Assembly: GCA_002189035.1 (NCBI GenBank)
Contig: NEEC01000019.1
Coordinates: forward strand, 1,736,001-1,800,000
DNA: 64,000 bases
Origin: Utricularia gibba
Taxonomy: Eukaryota > Plantae > Magnoliophyta
Reading direction: 5' to 3'
Position 1 is the stretch's first letter. Each line of letters starts with the position of its first letter. A program made the translations under genes and the position numbers. The notes below the pieces were generated by a model. The model was not told where the DNA came from and did no database searches. It saw only the letters and a list, made by a program, of their open reading frames with translations. Positions 11,727 to 24,653 of this stretch are shown here, piece by piece.

Positions 11727-14083
11727 TTACAGTCCCAGAAGAATGTAATACACCAGGGTGATGGGTAGAGCGATCAGCATGCCGAATATAACACTGAAAA
11801 ACAAACATCAAAACAAGTCATTACAGTATCTTAACTCAAGTGTGAAGGAAAATGTTAACTTACGCTGTACTTAGAATCGCGGGATGAACATTATACTCTT
11901 TTGCAAAAACGAAGGGGACTATCCCTTGAGGAAGGGCTGCCTGGACAATGGCCACGTGGAGTAGAGTACTGCGCAGGCCGACCGCGAAGGAAGCGACGGC
12001 CATGACCGCCGGACCAGCTAGAAACCTGACGGCCATAGCGAACAGCGCCATGGAGTTCCCACATGCGATGATCTTAGGCTGAAGGGCCATGAACAAACCT
12101 AAAGGGTTTCAATTGAAGATGCAATCAGGTCAAATTTGTAAAAAACACAAAAAAAGTAAATTGAATTCAGTCCCAATCGAAGCCCACGTTAAGTCCAGTT
12201 AAGGTCTGAAAATGGCCGCTGGGCCCATGTGTCGACCTCATGGATTCTTTCCGGTAAGAAAAATGAATATGCCACAAGAATGTGGGCGCACCTAAACTGA
12301 ACATGGCCATTCCGAGGCCGGCGTCGGAGAGAATGGAAATCGATTTCTCGACTATCCTCGGCATATGAACATTCCACCTGAAAAACCCAGAAGGAAAACG
12401 TTGAGTTTGGTATTGAATAGCAAGTGCCTGCTTCATTAATCGGGGGGTTTTAAGTTACCTAAACGCGACCAGGGACCAGATTAGGCCGATTAAGCTGGAA
12501 TAAGTGTTTGGGTTGCGGATGAGCTTCCGCCACACCATTATCAGGATGAGGCGAGTCATGACACTTGCTGGTGGCATGTGTTTTCTAGTCCCGGAATCGT
12601 CGCCGCTGGCGACTTTTGGCTCTGCTCCGGCGGTGGGAGTGGAGCCCAGTTTTGGGACTCCGCTGGGTAGTTCCCTGTCTTTATCCTCATCAACTTGTGC
12701 TCTACCGAAGCTGAAGTCCTCCGGCAGATCTTCTGCGGTATGCGTCACGGCTGAAGGGGGGAAAAAGCAGAATGTCAGAATGGCTTTGTTGGAAAACGTG
12801 TTTTGAACAGAGCATTTACCTTTACTGGCCCCGTTTTGCGGGTGGTCGCTCACCAACAACCTGATTTCTCTAGCGCTTTGATCAGATCGTCCGGTTGGCT
12901 GCTCAGCGGCGCCGTACTCAGGCACGTTGAAAACGTGAAGCCCGCCGCCGGTGATTTCGGAAACAGGGGAGGAGCTTGAACTCCAAACGAACATATGAAG
13001 CTCCTTGGCGTCATGATTGGACTTCGTAATCTGTTGAGGGTGATGGGTTTTTGTAGATTTGGTCGCGGCCGTTGAGATTTCAGGGTTCGGTGCTGGGTAG
13101 GAAGGCGGCGGCGCCGATTGGGCGGGGTAGCTCCCAAATTTGGGGGAACTCGTCAATGCCGCCGGAGCTGATTTTTCTTCGAAATTTGACGGCCGTGGAG
13201 TAGGCCCCCGTGAGGATTGAACCGAATACATATCAGCGATGTTGAAATTCGATAATCTGCCGGTGTCGGAGTTTCCGAAATTGGACAATCTCCCCGGGAA
13301 CCCCATCATCGAATAGAAATCGGCATGATTGAAATTAGACCCCCGCGGCGTCGGATTCCTCGAGGAGCTCATACTGTAAATTTCAGCGCCGGTCAAATTC
13401 GAGGGCCGCGGCGTAATGGCGTGGAAGGATCCCTGCCCACGCGACCTCGAAGCGTTCGATTTCCTCACAATGACGTGGATCTTGCCGTCGTTTCCAATTT
13501 CCGCGTCGGTCTCGAGAAAGTCCTGGCCGTCAAGTGAAACGACGTCAGATTCAACCTTAAGCGACACAATCGACGCCGCCGTCTCCGGGAACTGTTCCGT
13601 AATCAGCATCTTCGCACCACGGTACTCGAACAAGAAAAGCAGAAGCGTGTACCAGATTATACACTGAAGAACGACGATCTGAACCATAAGGCTGCCGGAA
13701 TACTCCCCGTACATCGCGATAAGCAAGGGAATCCCCATCACGAGGGTATTCGGCAGCGTGGAGAGCGAGAAAATGGTAATCGACCATTCCAAACTACCGC
13801 GCTTACTGAAACTCCCCCAAATCGCAAGAACAGCCAGCATGATCGCTTTCTGGACAGTATCTGCCGCGATGAACCGGAAATTCATCGCGTAGATGTTGTT
13901 CTGCGAGATAAAATGGAAGGACAGCAACGGCACAGCGAAGATCGCGACGAAGCGATTGATGCCGGAGCACTGATCCGGCGTGAAAATCTTCCACCATCTG
14001 ACTGAGCCGTACGCCAATATCATAGCCACGTAGAGCGGTATCACCGCCGTGAGAACGACGTAGAGATCGTGCCAGGAGATCAT
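11727..14083 (-). CDS. PIN3: PIN auxin efflux carrier, PIN3/4/7 clade; exons 14083-12820, 12750-12459, 12377-12292, 12098-11864, 11793-11727
   Basis: [35 protein letters not shown]-terminus; three TPRXS motifs (TPRPS, TPRGS, TPRPS); [10 protein letters not shown]; C-terminal [16 protein letters not shown]...[21 protein letters not shown]; all junctions GT-AG and in phase. Confidence 0.93.
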
Positions 14084-14448
14084 TTCCCCGTGGACCGGAA
14101 ATACAACAGAAACTGGAACTGCTCCTCCGTCCTCACCTCCCCTCCCACCCGGACGCCACAGGGAAGCAAAGTAGTTATGTAACTGTCAGCAATTGGTGCG
14201 TATGGATATATTTCTCTGGTTTGCCTTCAGGAGCCGTGAGAGAGCACAGAGTCGAAGGAATCATTCATGAGCAAGAAAGGTACAACTCATCCATGCCCAT
14301 ATGCCATGCCATGCTTCTACTACCATTCATATTTTTGTATTTAAAATCCATTTATCAACAAATACTCCTGCTGTCAAATTATTTATTTATTTCTTTCTTT
14401 TTATAGACTGCGTGATTCGTGAAAAATGAACCGAGGGACCGGACCGGA

Positions 14449-14496
14449 CCGACAGGTGGGCGATGGAGACCAGGCCGTGTGCCAACATTTCACGTG
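14449..14496. promoter_or_regulatory. Putative PIN promoter module: CCGACA (TGTCGG AuxRE) and G-box CACGTG
   Basis: CCGACA at 14449-14454 and CACGTG at 14491-14496, in a GC-rich island ~400 bp upstream of the PIN ATG; motif match only. Confidence 0.35.
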
Positions 14497-14631
14497 CGGC
14501 AGGTCTCTCCCCTGGATTGCCTGGTGCGCCTCACCGTACCGGTGCATAACCCCTCCCAAATCCACCGTGCTATTTTATTTTTTTCCCTCAAAATTATTTT
14601 TAATAGTAAAAATAGGTATTAAATAATATAA

Positions 14632-14867
14632 ACCGTGTTTTGAAAAATTTTTGAAGTTTATTTTTACTTTTTAAAAATAAAAATAAGTTTGTTATAGAAT
14701 ACTATCAATTACAAAAATAATTCTATCAAAAAACACTTTTGAAATTGTACTACAAAAATTATTTTTGGAAAAGTAAAGATTAGATTATTTTTAATTCTTA
14801 TTTCTACTTTTCTAAAATAATTTTAAAAAGTAATAATAGTTTACAAAAATTTTCCAAAATATTGTTT
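14632..14867. mobile_element. ~235-bp AT-rich MITE-like element (family copy 2 of 3)
   Basis: Ends GTGTTTTTGAAAAATTTTT / AAAAATTTTCCAAAATAT; internal similarity to the 63.2 kb copy. Confidence 0.5.
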
Positions 14868-16037
14868 AATGCTATTTTATTAAATAATATATATATGTAT
14901 ATATCTTGTATAGTAATATTATTTATATACTTATTTTTTAAATATTTAGATGATATATACAAATGAAGAAGATGATTAATTATATTTATATCATTTTATA
15001 TATTTAAATTTTTATTTTCGAATATCAAATATTATATATAATTGATTATATACATAATCAATAATATTATATTTAAATATACTAATATCTTATTATTAAA
15101 TAACTTAAAAAATGATACACGTATTCTTTTTCTTTTTTTTTTTTTTTTTTTTTTGAAAAGAGGGAGAGCTCCTATCAAAGTGTCGTTTGTGGGTGGTGCG
15201 ATGATTGGGAGTGGAAGACAACATGATATGTCCATGGGAAAAGATGATGCCTTCTTTTTGCGGGAATCCTCCCACAGCCGCCCACTTTCCCCGATCACCG
15301 CGAAACGCAGGGCTGGCTTTTGGATTCATTTCTCTTGAGAGCCTCATGTTTGGAACCATGGAAAGTGCGAGTTAGTGTTTCTTTTTTATTCTTCATTTCA
15401 CTCCCAGCTTCGGTTTCATGCGGAATCTGCATAGTTTTGTTCAGTGATGTTGGGCCACAGACTCCACGACACAGAATGTGAATTGTGAATGATGATTCTT
15501 CCTTTTTCATTTTTATGACATTAAAAATATCGCTTAAGTGACCATTAAGTTTTCTTTTTGTTCTTCTTGTTGTTGTGAATAAATGCAGATGGTACAGCAA
15601 AATGGACAGAATAACGAGGTTCCGTATGCCCACGACGTCGTTTCTTTGGATCATCCACTGAACTATTTTGGCGCTCGGCCCATTTAGAATGGGTCGCAAA
15701 GCCCAAGAAAGATGGGCTGATGAGCACAAATTGGTTTCAAAAAATATTGTTATAATATAAATTGCAAATACCCATCAGAAATAATTTTGATAGTCCAAAC
15801 TATTATTCCACTTAATCATAGACTTAGATTAAAATTTTTAATCCAAAAAAGTTTTAATTAAATGAGATATTAAAAAAATACAATAATAATATAGAAGAAA
15901 AAAAAGCATATTCACTAACCACAAAGAAAAAGTTGCCATAACCATCAAAGTAGAGCAACACAAGAAGAAACCTTTGATTCAGACAAACAAGAACAGAATC
16001 ATGTTTTTAGATAGACAAGACAAGGTGGAGCATGCAT

Positions 16038-16286
16038 TTAGTCCTGAAACTTGACAAGGATTATGTTCTTCTTCTTACGCACACATTTGATCCTTCTGGG
16101 GCAATCCTCGGGGAGACAATGGAACTCATATACACGTCTACGGTTGGATGGCTCCACCACCATGATCCTCAGAAAGTTGCCGTGTGCCACTTTGGCTACG
16201 AATTGAGTCACATTCGGTACCACTTCCTGCTTGAACTGATACATCCCTTCTGTGTGTTTTGCAATCTCTATTTTTCCGATACTCAT
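16038..16286 (-). CDS. Small orphan-family protein (82 aa), putative stand-alone alpha-crystallin/HSP20-like domain; solo intact copy
   Basis: Open ORF MSIGKIEI...YQFKQEV...FVAKV...FLRIMVV...VYEFHCLPEDC..IKC..K.NIILVKF. Alignable to the ORFs at 29.8-42.1 kb, with the same GTGAAAATG start context, upstream TATATAAA and downstream motifs. Fold assignment is inference. Confidence 0.7.
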   Translation of the reverse strand: MSIGKIEIAKHTEGMYQFKQEVVPNVTQFVAKVAHGNFLRIMVVEPSNRRRVYEFHCLPEDCPRRIKCVRKKKNIILVKFQD

Positions 16287-17971
16287 TTTCACCTCTTTAT
16301 TATTTGATTTTTGTGGGTTTCTGGTATGATTTATATAAGAGTTTATGTTTAATGAGTATGTTGGGTGATTACATAAAAAATTAAAAAAAATTCAAAGATT
16401 TGTTAGAAAAAAGATTAAATTATGGTAGTTTTAGGAATTTTTGTGTTTATTTTTTATATTTTCTTGAATGCTGAAAATGTTCCTTCCTATTCAAATTTAT
16501 TTAGAATTTTTTTGTAATTATTTCGGGAATATTGATTGTGAAAATTCTATTTATATGTCGTATTGTGCCATAAAACATGTAATAAGTAATCAATATACCT
16601 TTTACATCAACTTGTAGATATATATGTATCATTAAAATTATGAAAAAAATATTAGCACTTTTTCATTTATACTTAAAATATCATGATTAAAAGTAATTCA
16701 TTATATGTTTAATTCAGAATTTATAAGCTCTAATATAGCATATTTTAATGTACATTTTGAGTTGAAGCTATACTGAAAATTTAAAGTGCGATTTCCAGTT
16801 CATTGATTTTGATAATTCTATTTATGATGAATCTCATTACTATGGAAGGAAACATATCATATTATGTCACAAAACTTGTAATAAGTAATAGTATTGTCAC
16901 ATTATATAACATTTACATTAAAGCATATGTAATATATATATTTAGTACTAATATGAACAAAATATTAGCATTTATTCATTTATTTTAAAATTTTATATGT
17001 TTAATTCAAGTTTCTAATAATATTCATATTTTTGAAAAAAATAGGATTCTAGATTTGATCCGATTTGGAAATTTCTAGGTTTTTACAAAATTTAGTTCCA
17101 TTCTATTACATTTTTACTTGAGGAATTATAAATTTTTAGTGGGCCCTTTTTGGGTAAGGCAGGTGAGAGGGGCTGGTTCACTCTTACAGCCCAACACGCA
17201 GATCCAGAGCGCGGAGCATCAGTAACGGCATTTGCCCCTTTACATGGCATGGGTTCTTTCGGCACGTGGGTAATTGGACAGCAGCATCTGGAAGCCCCGG
17301 AGCCTGACCCATTTGGAGGGGAGGCGTCGGCCGACTGGGAATTCGCCGACGGGCAACCGCCCAATTATGGCCCTTGGGCCACCCAGCCGGCAGGTCGTCC
17401 CTTTTATCGGACACTGTTCTAACTTCTCTGCTTTTTTCTTTTCTTCTGAGAAGTGAAATGATACACAGTTTATTGAACTTTCTAAAATGAAAGGATGGTT
17501 TTTGATATCACGACATTGATTTAAACTTCAGTGGTTTGTTTATGAGAAACTGTTTCAAATAACTCGAAGATGAGTCCTGCGCGGAGGAGGAACACGGCAG
17601 CAATGAATGGCGCCGGCCCCAGCAAGTCCATTTCCTTGCTTGTAGCACCCGATCGCTACCCTCTTTTCGTCCCTCTTACTCCACTATGAAAAAAACAGAC
17701 AAAATGCTCAGAGTTCGAAGATCTTTAAGAAGAGTAAATGAGAGATACCATTCAATTATATGACTATGAAATCAACCAATGTCAACATCATTTGAGCTAT
17801 TGGATGGCCACACAGACTAGTAATTCAATTTCTGTCCCCATTTTCTCTAACTCTTCTTCTTCCATTTTTTTACGTATGTTTTTCAGATCCAATCCATTTC
17901 TACTCCACTCTCCCTTTCTTTTTCCCACATTTTCCTCCCAACAGCTTTCAGCGAGCGTGCAACTGCAGAAA

Positions 17972-18223
17972 ATGACTGTTTCTTTGAAGGAAAAGAGAAA
18001 ACGATGCGAACCCATTTCAAAAGTTGTTATTTTCTCACTTGGGTTCCTCTTGGTTCTCTCATTCGTGAATGCATCCAGCCCATCACGGTTGCCGCCGGCG
18101 AGAAAAGCGCGGTTCTTTTATTCCAAAGCTTTGAATAATGAAACGGGGGATCATCGGAGGTACGATAGTTTCGAAGAAGAGAAGCGATTGGTGCATACGG
18201 GGCCAAATCCTCTTCACAACTGA
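17972..18223 (+). CDS. CLE16: CLAVATA3/ESR-related peptide precursor, CLE16/17-like (83 aa)
   Basis: Hydrophobic segment VVIFSLGFLLVLSFVNA; terminal CLE dodecapeptide RLVHTGPNPLHN followed directly by stop. Confidence 0.9.
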   Translation: MTVSLKEKRKRCEPISKVVIFSLGFLLVLSFVNASSPSRLPPARKARFFYSKALNNETGDHRRYDSFEEEKRLVHTGPNPLHN

Positions 18224-20604
18224 AGCTCAAACTCTCGAGACAAAGGAAAAACTTTGCCTCTGTGAATCAACTACGTGAGTTTCTCCTCTCCCTCATCATG
18301 GTTGTTGTGAATTCTGATCCTCCATCAGAAATAATTGTAGCAAAGATGGTTACTCCAACTCAGAAAATCAAAATGGAGCTTGTCTGATGTATACAATAAA
18401 GAGTTACCTACATAATCAACTTATTACAATATTTTATAACTTGCTACAAAAACATATTTTACCAACGAAACTCCATAATCTAAGACCTGCAAAGTTACCA
18501 GCATCATTACAGTCCTAAGCGAACAAAGAGATGCAGTTTGTGGTGTCGGTCTATGCATGCTTCTGTGTGTTCTCCTTCCTGCAGTCGTGTTCTGGGTCGT
18601 TGTTTTCGTCCTCTCCCTCCCTTTGGTTTTCACTGCAGCATTCTGTTAAAACATTTACTGTTTCTGTATTTAATGCTGAAGTTACTGTTGCTCATCTACT
18701 CTTCCCGTCGCCACCCTTGGAAGCATTTGATATGATTCTTCTCCGAAGCAGGGAACCTTGGCGAGCTCCCATTCCCACAGCCTTCCAACACACTTCTTTT
18801 TCCAGAACGATTTCACTCTAACACACTTCTTTTATTCACTGCTACCCGGAAACCCTAATCCCCCTTTCCCTGAAAATTTTCACCCAGGTCTAATTTTTTA
18901 CGAAATGCGAGATATTGATAACCCTAATTTTAAATCTGAAAAATGATTCCATCTTCAACAAGCTGATTCACCTTCAGCCCATGAGATCTTGCTGCTATCA
19001 AAAGATCCAAAATTCACGAGTGCGCAAATATAATTCAAGTAAAAAGCGAATTTAAATATTTTTTACTTAAATATATATAGTTTCAAATTTTGTTTATACC
19101 CAGTCAAGTTGAGACATGAAAGGTCCAATCAACTCGAAATGAGGTTCAAAACAGTATGATGTGGAGTGATAATTATCACGATTTGCAAGATATCATATAA
19201 TATTTATATAGATTCAACGCAATAGAATCAAAACTAGAGATTTGTAAAATATCAAAACTAGAGATTCAATGTAATAGACTCAAAACTAGATTCGAACCTC
19301 ATTACAATCCAGTAGCATTGACTCCACTTTTCAATGTAATCCACCCTAATCCCAAATCTAGGTTGACATTATGTTCACCAAAATGGAAGACATGGAAAAT
19401 AAGCGAATATAATGAGAAATGAAGTAAAAAAAACTCATAAAAAATGATGGTAAAAGCGTTAAAATGATATTTATCATGAATTATAGGGTGGTTAGTGATA
19501 GATAAATGATGATCTCTCACGCAATCAGTTGAGTGGACCATTTAGAAAATTGATAACTCGTGATATACATAAATAAAATAATTATTTTCAAGATTAAGTT
19601 TTTTATTACTATGATAACAAAAAAAGGGATAGATAGTTACTTTTTTGGATGACCCAACCGTGCGCAAATCATTGAAAAAAGGAACATGGAATTCAATGTT
19701 GTAGTTGAGTTTAGTAGCACATCATTCTCAAAAAATGATGACAAAGGTCACCCCTTTTACTAAAGATATCCAATTTTATCATACAATAAAATTAATATTG
19801 CCAGATTTCTAATACATCTATTTTACTGTACAATTAGGTCGCTCCAAAATTGCAATATATACTGATAAAAATAATTCTTATATTACTGGTATTGTAAATT
19901 TGGAATATTATTATTCATTGCACCAGTAACAAAAAAAATGGAACGTGTGTCAAATCATTAAAAAAAAAAGTAAAAACACTGGTTTAAGGGTAAATGGCAA
20001 CAATGGAAATGGACCCCACATTCCCACGTGCCATACAACGCCACGTCATCATAAATACACCATGAGAAAAAGATGCTGTGCACGATCGTACAGTCACATC
20101 CCCTCACTGTTACAAATTCGTCGTCCAGTTTTGTAAAAAACATTGAGTTTTTTTTTTTTTTTTACTACGAAAGAAAAAAAATAAGGGATCAAAATCTGGT
20201 TTATTTTTCTCCATTTTGGGTTAAAATCTGGGAATGGCGAATGCAGCCCCATGCATTAATACGGGGAATACGAATGCTCATAGTCTGCTTCCTTCTTGTG
20301 TGGATAGTTGGTGATGCTTTAACTACCTTCACACTAGTGATCGCTACAAGGCTTACCGAGTTGTTCTTATCTCCATTTGTGTAGTCAGTCATGTGATAAA
20401 TTGATGATGCCATTGGAGTGGATCACTACAATGGTGAAAATGTATAGGAAACGAGAGTTGGAGTTGGGGTAATTAGTTGTTCCCAACACAGTCTAGTGAT
20501 TGCTGCTCTTATTTCAGAAACATGTTGCCTACAACATCTTCTTCCAGAGGAGTGACATCATGTGCATCAGCCTCATGGATGTGTTTTTCTATGATTCTCC
20601 TCTC

Positions 20605-21509
20605 TTAGCCTGATGTGTGGGTTAGGCTGCGGGAACCGGAGTGATCAATCCATTCCAGCTGTATCTCGACTTCCCCATGTTCTACATTTTTGAGTTTGAG
20701 AACCATGTCTTGTTTCAGCTTCCCCTTATCCCAAACCACAGAGCTTTCACACGCCAAGGAGTTGTCATTGCTTGGATGAATGGTTGCAACCACGGCTTTA
20801 TCAGAGAGAGCCACCGATCTGTTTCTGAGGCATTCTACATAAGGCTTGATGTCTATAACAGCATCTCCCATTCGATCATCGCCCGAGAATGTGTCGAGGT
20901 CATGGACACTCTAGGAAGCATGGAAATATGAGTCACTTGGGAAATGAATACAAGTGGGAGACCCTGTAGCTCCAGGATAAAGTATTGAATGGTATATCGG
21001 GACTCACCAGAATGATGGGAACATCAAGATCCGTGATGCAAATAGTTAAGGTTTCGTCCCAAACAGGATTGCAGTCGTTTTTCACCGCACGCGTCTTCAC
21101 TTTCTGAAACCAAAAGAAAGCAGCACTTATCCAGGAGAAGAAAAAACAGAGGAACTCAACATATTAGTGTAGCACTTAATGGAAGCTAATGACTTTCAAG
21201 TAATACTTCTCATCAGTGTACCAATCTGACACCATTCTTCAAACACTTCAATTAAGTTCACAATTCTCCATGATGAATACAATACACTAAAATCCTCCCT
21301 GAATCCACAACTAACATTAGCTTATAAGGCAAAGCAGCGTAAAACGAAGCACAAAAGCACCGATTTGCAGCGAAATTAAGAGGGAAAGAAGTTGAGTTGA
21401 CCTGCGGACCATTTTCGACGACAGCGTAGGGATCGCTAGACCTTGAGTCGCGGACCACCAGATTAATCCCTCGCACAACTCCAATTCGCAGAAGCCCCAA
21501 GCTATCCAT
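20605..21509 (-). CDS. CAR: C2-DOMAIN ABA-RELATED (CAR)-family protein, 3 exons (~21509-21402, ~21103-21008, ~20910-20605)
   Basis: MDSLGLLRIGVVRGINLVVRDSRSSDPY | KVKTRAVKNDCNPVWDETLT | SVHDLDTFSGDDRMGDA...QDMVLKLKNVEHGEVEIQLEWID; GT-AG junctions in frame. Confidence 0.88.
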
Positions 21510-22881
21510 CCACTCTGCAACTTGCTCACCACTCACCCACTCTGGGCCGGGAACTGAAACAACAAGCGATGAGATCTCCTGCAGTGCTTAATTACGCGTC
21601 CAAATGATACTGCTAACAAGGTCTTAATTCAATTAACTCCCATTTAATGCCGCAAGGCCCAATAGGCACCGCCCAAGACTCTATTATGGGCCTCCAGGCC
21701 CACAAGGCAACCCTAATTTCATTTTCTTCCCACGTATACATATTTTCTAACAAAATAAAATAAACACCCATGAGAAAGTAGTCCATCCACACGTGCCCCA
21801 ATACCCAGCGAGTTCTTCTTCATCTCAACTTCCCCATGCCATTTTGGGCAATCCACACGTGCCTAATTCGGTCTGAAAACGATCATCCTCTTAAGTGGGG
21901 AATGATCACAATGCCTAGTGCAGTGCATCTCCACCTAACCACACGCAATTAGGCAAACTAATCGCCATAAATCACCTTCTATTTTGGTGTTAACGTCAAT
22001 CGATGAAACCCATTTCTTGCTATTTTAAGATCGATACGTATTGCGATGAATCAGTTCCTATTGGGTACAATGATGATAAGGATGATGATTTGATAATTTT
22101 CTTGTCCTGGAAGACTTCTATGGGGTAATATTTCGGACTTTTGGGGCAATTTTATGTTGGGCGGGCACCCAGTAAAGTTACAGGTGGCAATAATTTGTGG
22201 CAGAAGTACATCCGGAAAAACAAGTAAGTGGGGTGAGCTTTTTAAAATAAAAAGGCTCAAAAGAAACAATGAATAGGTCAAAAATCCGTGCCCCGCCGTC
22301 CCAATCGCACGAAACTTTTATAATTTAAATTTATGTCAACACCATGCAATTATTGCTTCTCCATTATAACAATATTATATATATATATTTTACATTCATT
22401 CTACTTTAATTCTTGTATTTTATATCAAGATATTAACATATTTATACTTTGTTCTGTAATTTAATTTACGGTTGTGCTTTAAATTATGTGGAATAGAATC
22501 ATTTTTAAAATTATGTAAATAGATTCAGTTTTAAAATGATACAAATATGTATGTGTTGTGAGATAATATAAAATTAAGAATCAAAACCAAATAAAACAAT
22601 TTTAAGAATTTACAGAAATGGCATTGTCGATGTGGCAAACATAATGGTACTTATTTGGACAAGGGCCCCACAGTTTTTGTGGGTTGAGGCAAATGGTCCC
22701 TGGACTTGTGATTAATTACCCAGTGAACCCTCGAATGTTATGTCATTTTCAAGTGCATATCCCAAAATAGGGAGCCTCTTATTGGTGTAAAATTAAAATG
22801 ACATCCCACACAGAAATGGAAATTCCACATTTCAGCCCCACGTCGGAAAATTGCTGCAGTTCAAAAATGTACCGAGGGGCT

Positions 22882-24653
22882 TCAGATTTCCGGCGCGCGG
22901 AGGCGGTTTGGAGATATCCGGCTGTTCCGTCTCTCGGAATAGCCGCCATTCATTGTCCAGGCGGAGGTGGCGAGGAGTGCCCGAGTGTGCCAACCCAACA
23001 TCAAACAACCATGATTCTCCTCCACGGTGTAACCGTCGCCGCCGTAGAAGGCGAGGAGCGTAATTGCATCCCTGTAGACATTGGAACCGAGATGAACAGG
23101 CTCCAACCCTGCGGAATTGAAGCGGTTTCTCCATTGTGTCAACGGCTCGTGCCTCTCAATTCGATCGACGCCTTCACAGGCGACGACATTGAAAATCTGC
23201 TGCCCCAGATAAGCCTCGGTCATTATCTTATTCTTACGGGTAACCGCCGCATCGGCGCTACCGTCGCCGTCGCAGGTTTCGAGAGAATCGAAGAGGGTAG
23301 AGTAGTATTGCAAGGCTTCAGTGAACCGGCCCAAGAAAAAGTAACTGTTGTGGTTGGCTTCTTGTTCAGCAACAGTCAAAATCTCCGGCTTCACTTCTCG
23401 GATGAGGCGCAGAACCTTGTCTATCGCTCCGGGCTTCGCGAGCAATTGATGCAACTCGAAAATAGAGTTCACTGCCACGGTTTCATCGTCTCTGATATCC
23501 AACATAGCGGCTTCAAGATCAGCTAGCGATTTCGCTACAAAACCTCTGTACTCGAACTGAACATTGACTGTTTTCGCGAACTCGGCTAATCGGAATCCAA
23601 CTTCTTGCAAATAATCGGTCTCATCCAGCGACGGAGGCCCGATCCCGGTGAGGCGGAAAGTGGGGGGCCTCCCTCTCTTGAAGCTAGAGCCTGAAGAAGG
23701 GCCGGCCATTGCATCCCCTGCTTCATACTGAAGTCAATGACATGGACATGGTTTTTGCCTGCAAAAGCTTCAAGAATCGCTTGATTTGCAGTGAAATGGG
23801 AGAATTTAAGACACGGGCACGTTTCGTAGAAATGCATCTGCAGCATATCGGTGAAAGCAGAATCAGGACGATGATCATTCATATGATAGGGCCTGTAAAT
23901 TTTTCTAGCCAAAGCCTCTGCAAAGTATGTGGCCACTTTTCGCATAGCGCCAGCCTGAGAAATGGCAAGGAGGCCGATGTTCTTCACCAACGGTTTGGCT
24001 AAGTTAAAATTCTCCAGCTGCACAGCTTCCGCACAAGCCATTAAGGTATGAACAAGTCTGATTCCATTTTCCTGTGTGTCCATCAGAACAGACCGCGGCG
24101 CCTGCGGTAGCTCCGGCGGGGGTGCAGAATCTTGCACACACGGCGATGTTTTCGCTTTCTTCGCCGGCGGCTGGTGCTGATTCCGAGTCTCCGGCGAAGT
24201 ACGGTGAAACTGGGCGTTAGCAAACACAGCTTTCCCAGGTATAGCGATGAGATCCGACCCAAAATCTAGGTCAACCGCCGCTAATCCGCCGGTTGAAGTT
24301 GGAAGAAAATGATCAAGAGAAGAGTCAAATCCCGGCAACGAGTTGAGCCCAGAAAGCATAGACTCAAGCCAGGAAGAGAGATCCGAGGGATTATAATGAA
24401 GAGTGCGATCCATGGCGGGGAGCTGCGAATACCCATCAACTGCAGCGTTCCCCATGGCCACCTCAATCTGATGAATCTTGTGAGCAACCGCCGCCATGTC
24501 CGACGACTTCACCTTATACCCCAAAACCCCAAAGAGCTCATCATCAACTCCAGCCTCCTCCACCTCACACTGCCTCATTTTACCTTTATCCATAGAACAA
24601 GAGCTCGCAGAACTCAAGAAATAATCCCCGTGATCCAGATTTTCCCTCTTCAT
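22882..24653 (-). CDS. GAI: DELLA (GAI/RGA-like) GRAS protein, intronless, divergent, one -1 frameshift at G6 23662-23667
   Basis: MKRE start, [76 protein letters not shown]. Adding one base in the G run restores [14 protein letters not shown]. Confidence 0.9.

Noticed and set aside
18424-18946. Several ORFs downstream of CLE, including a hydrophobic 96-aa frame
   Set aside because: CT-rich, UTR/promoter-like composition with no conserved motif
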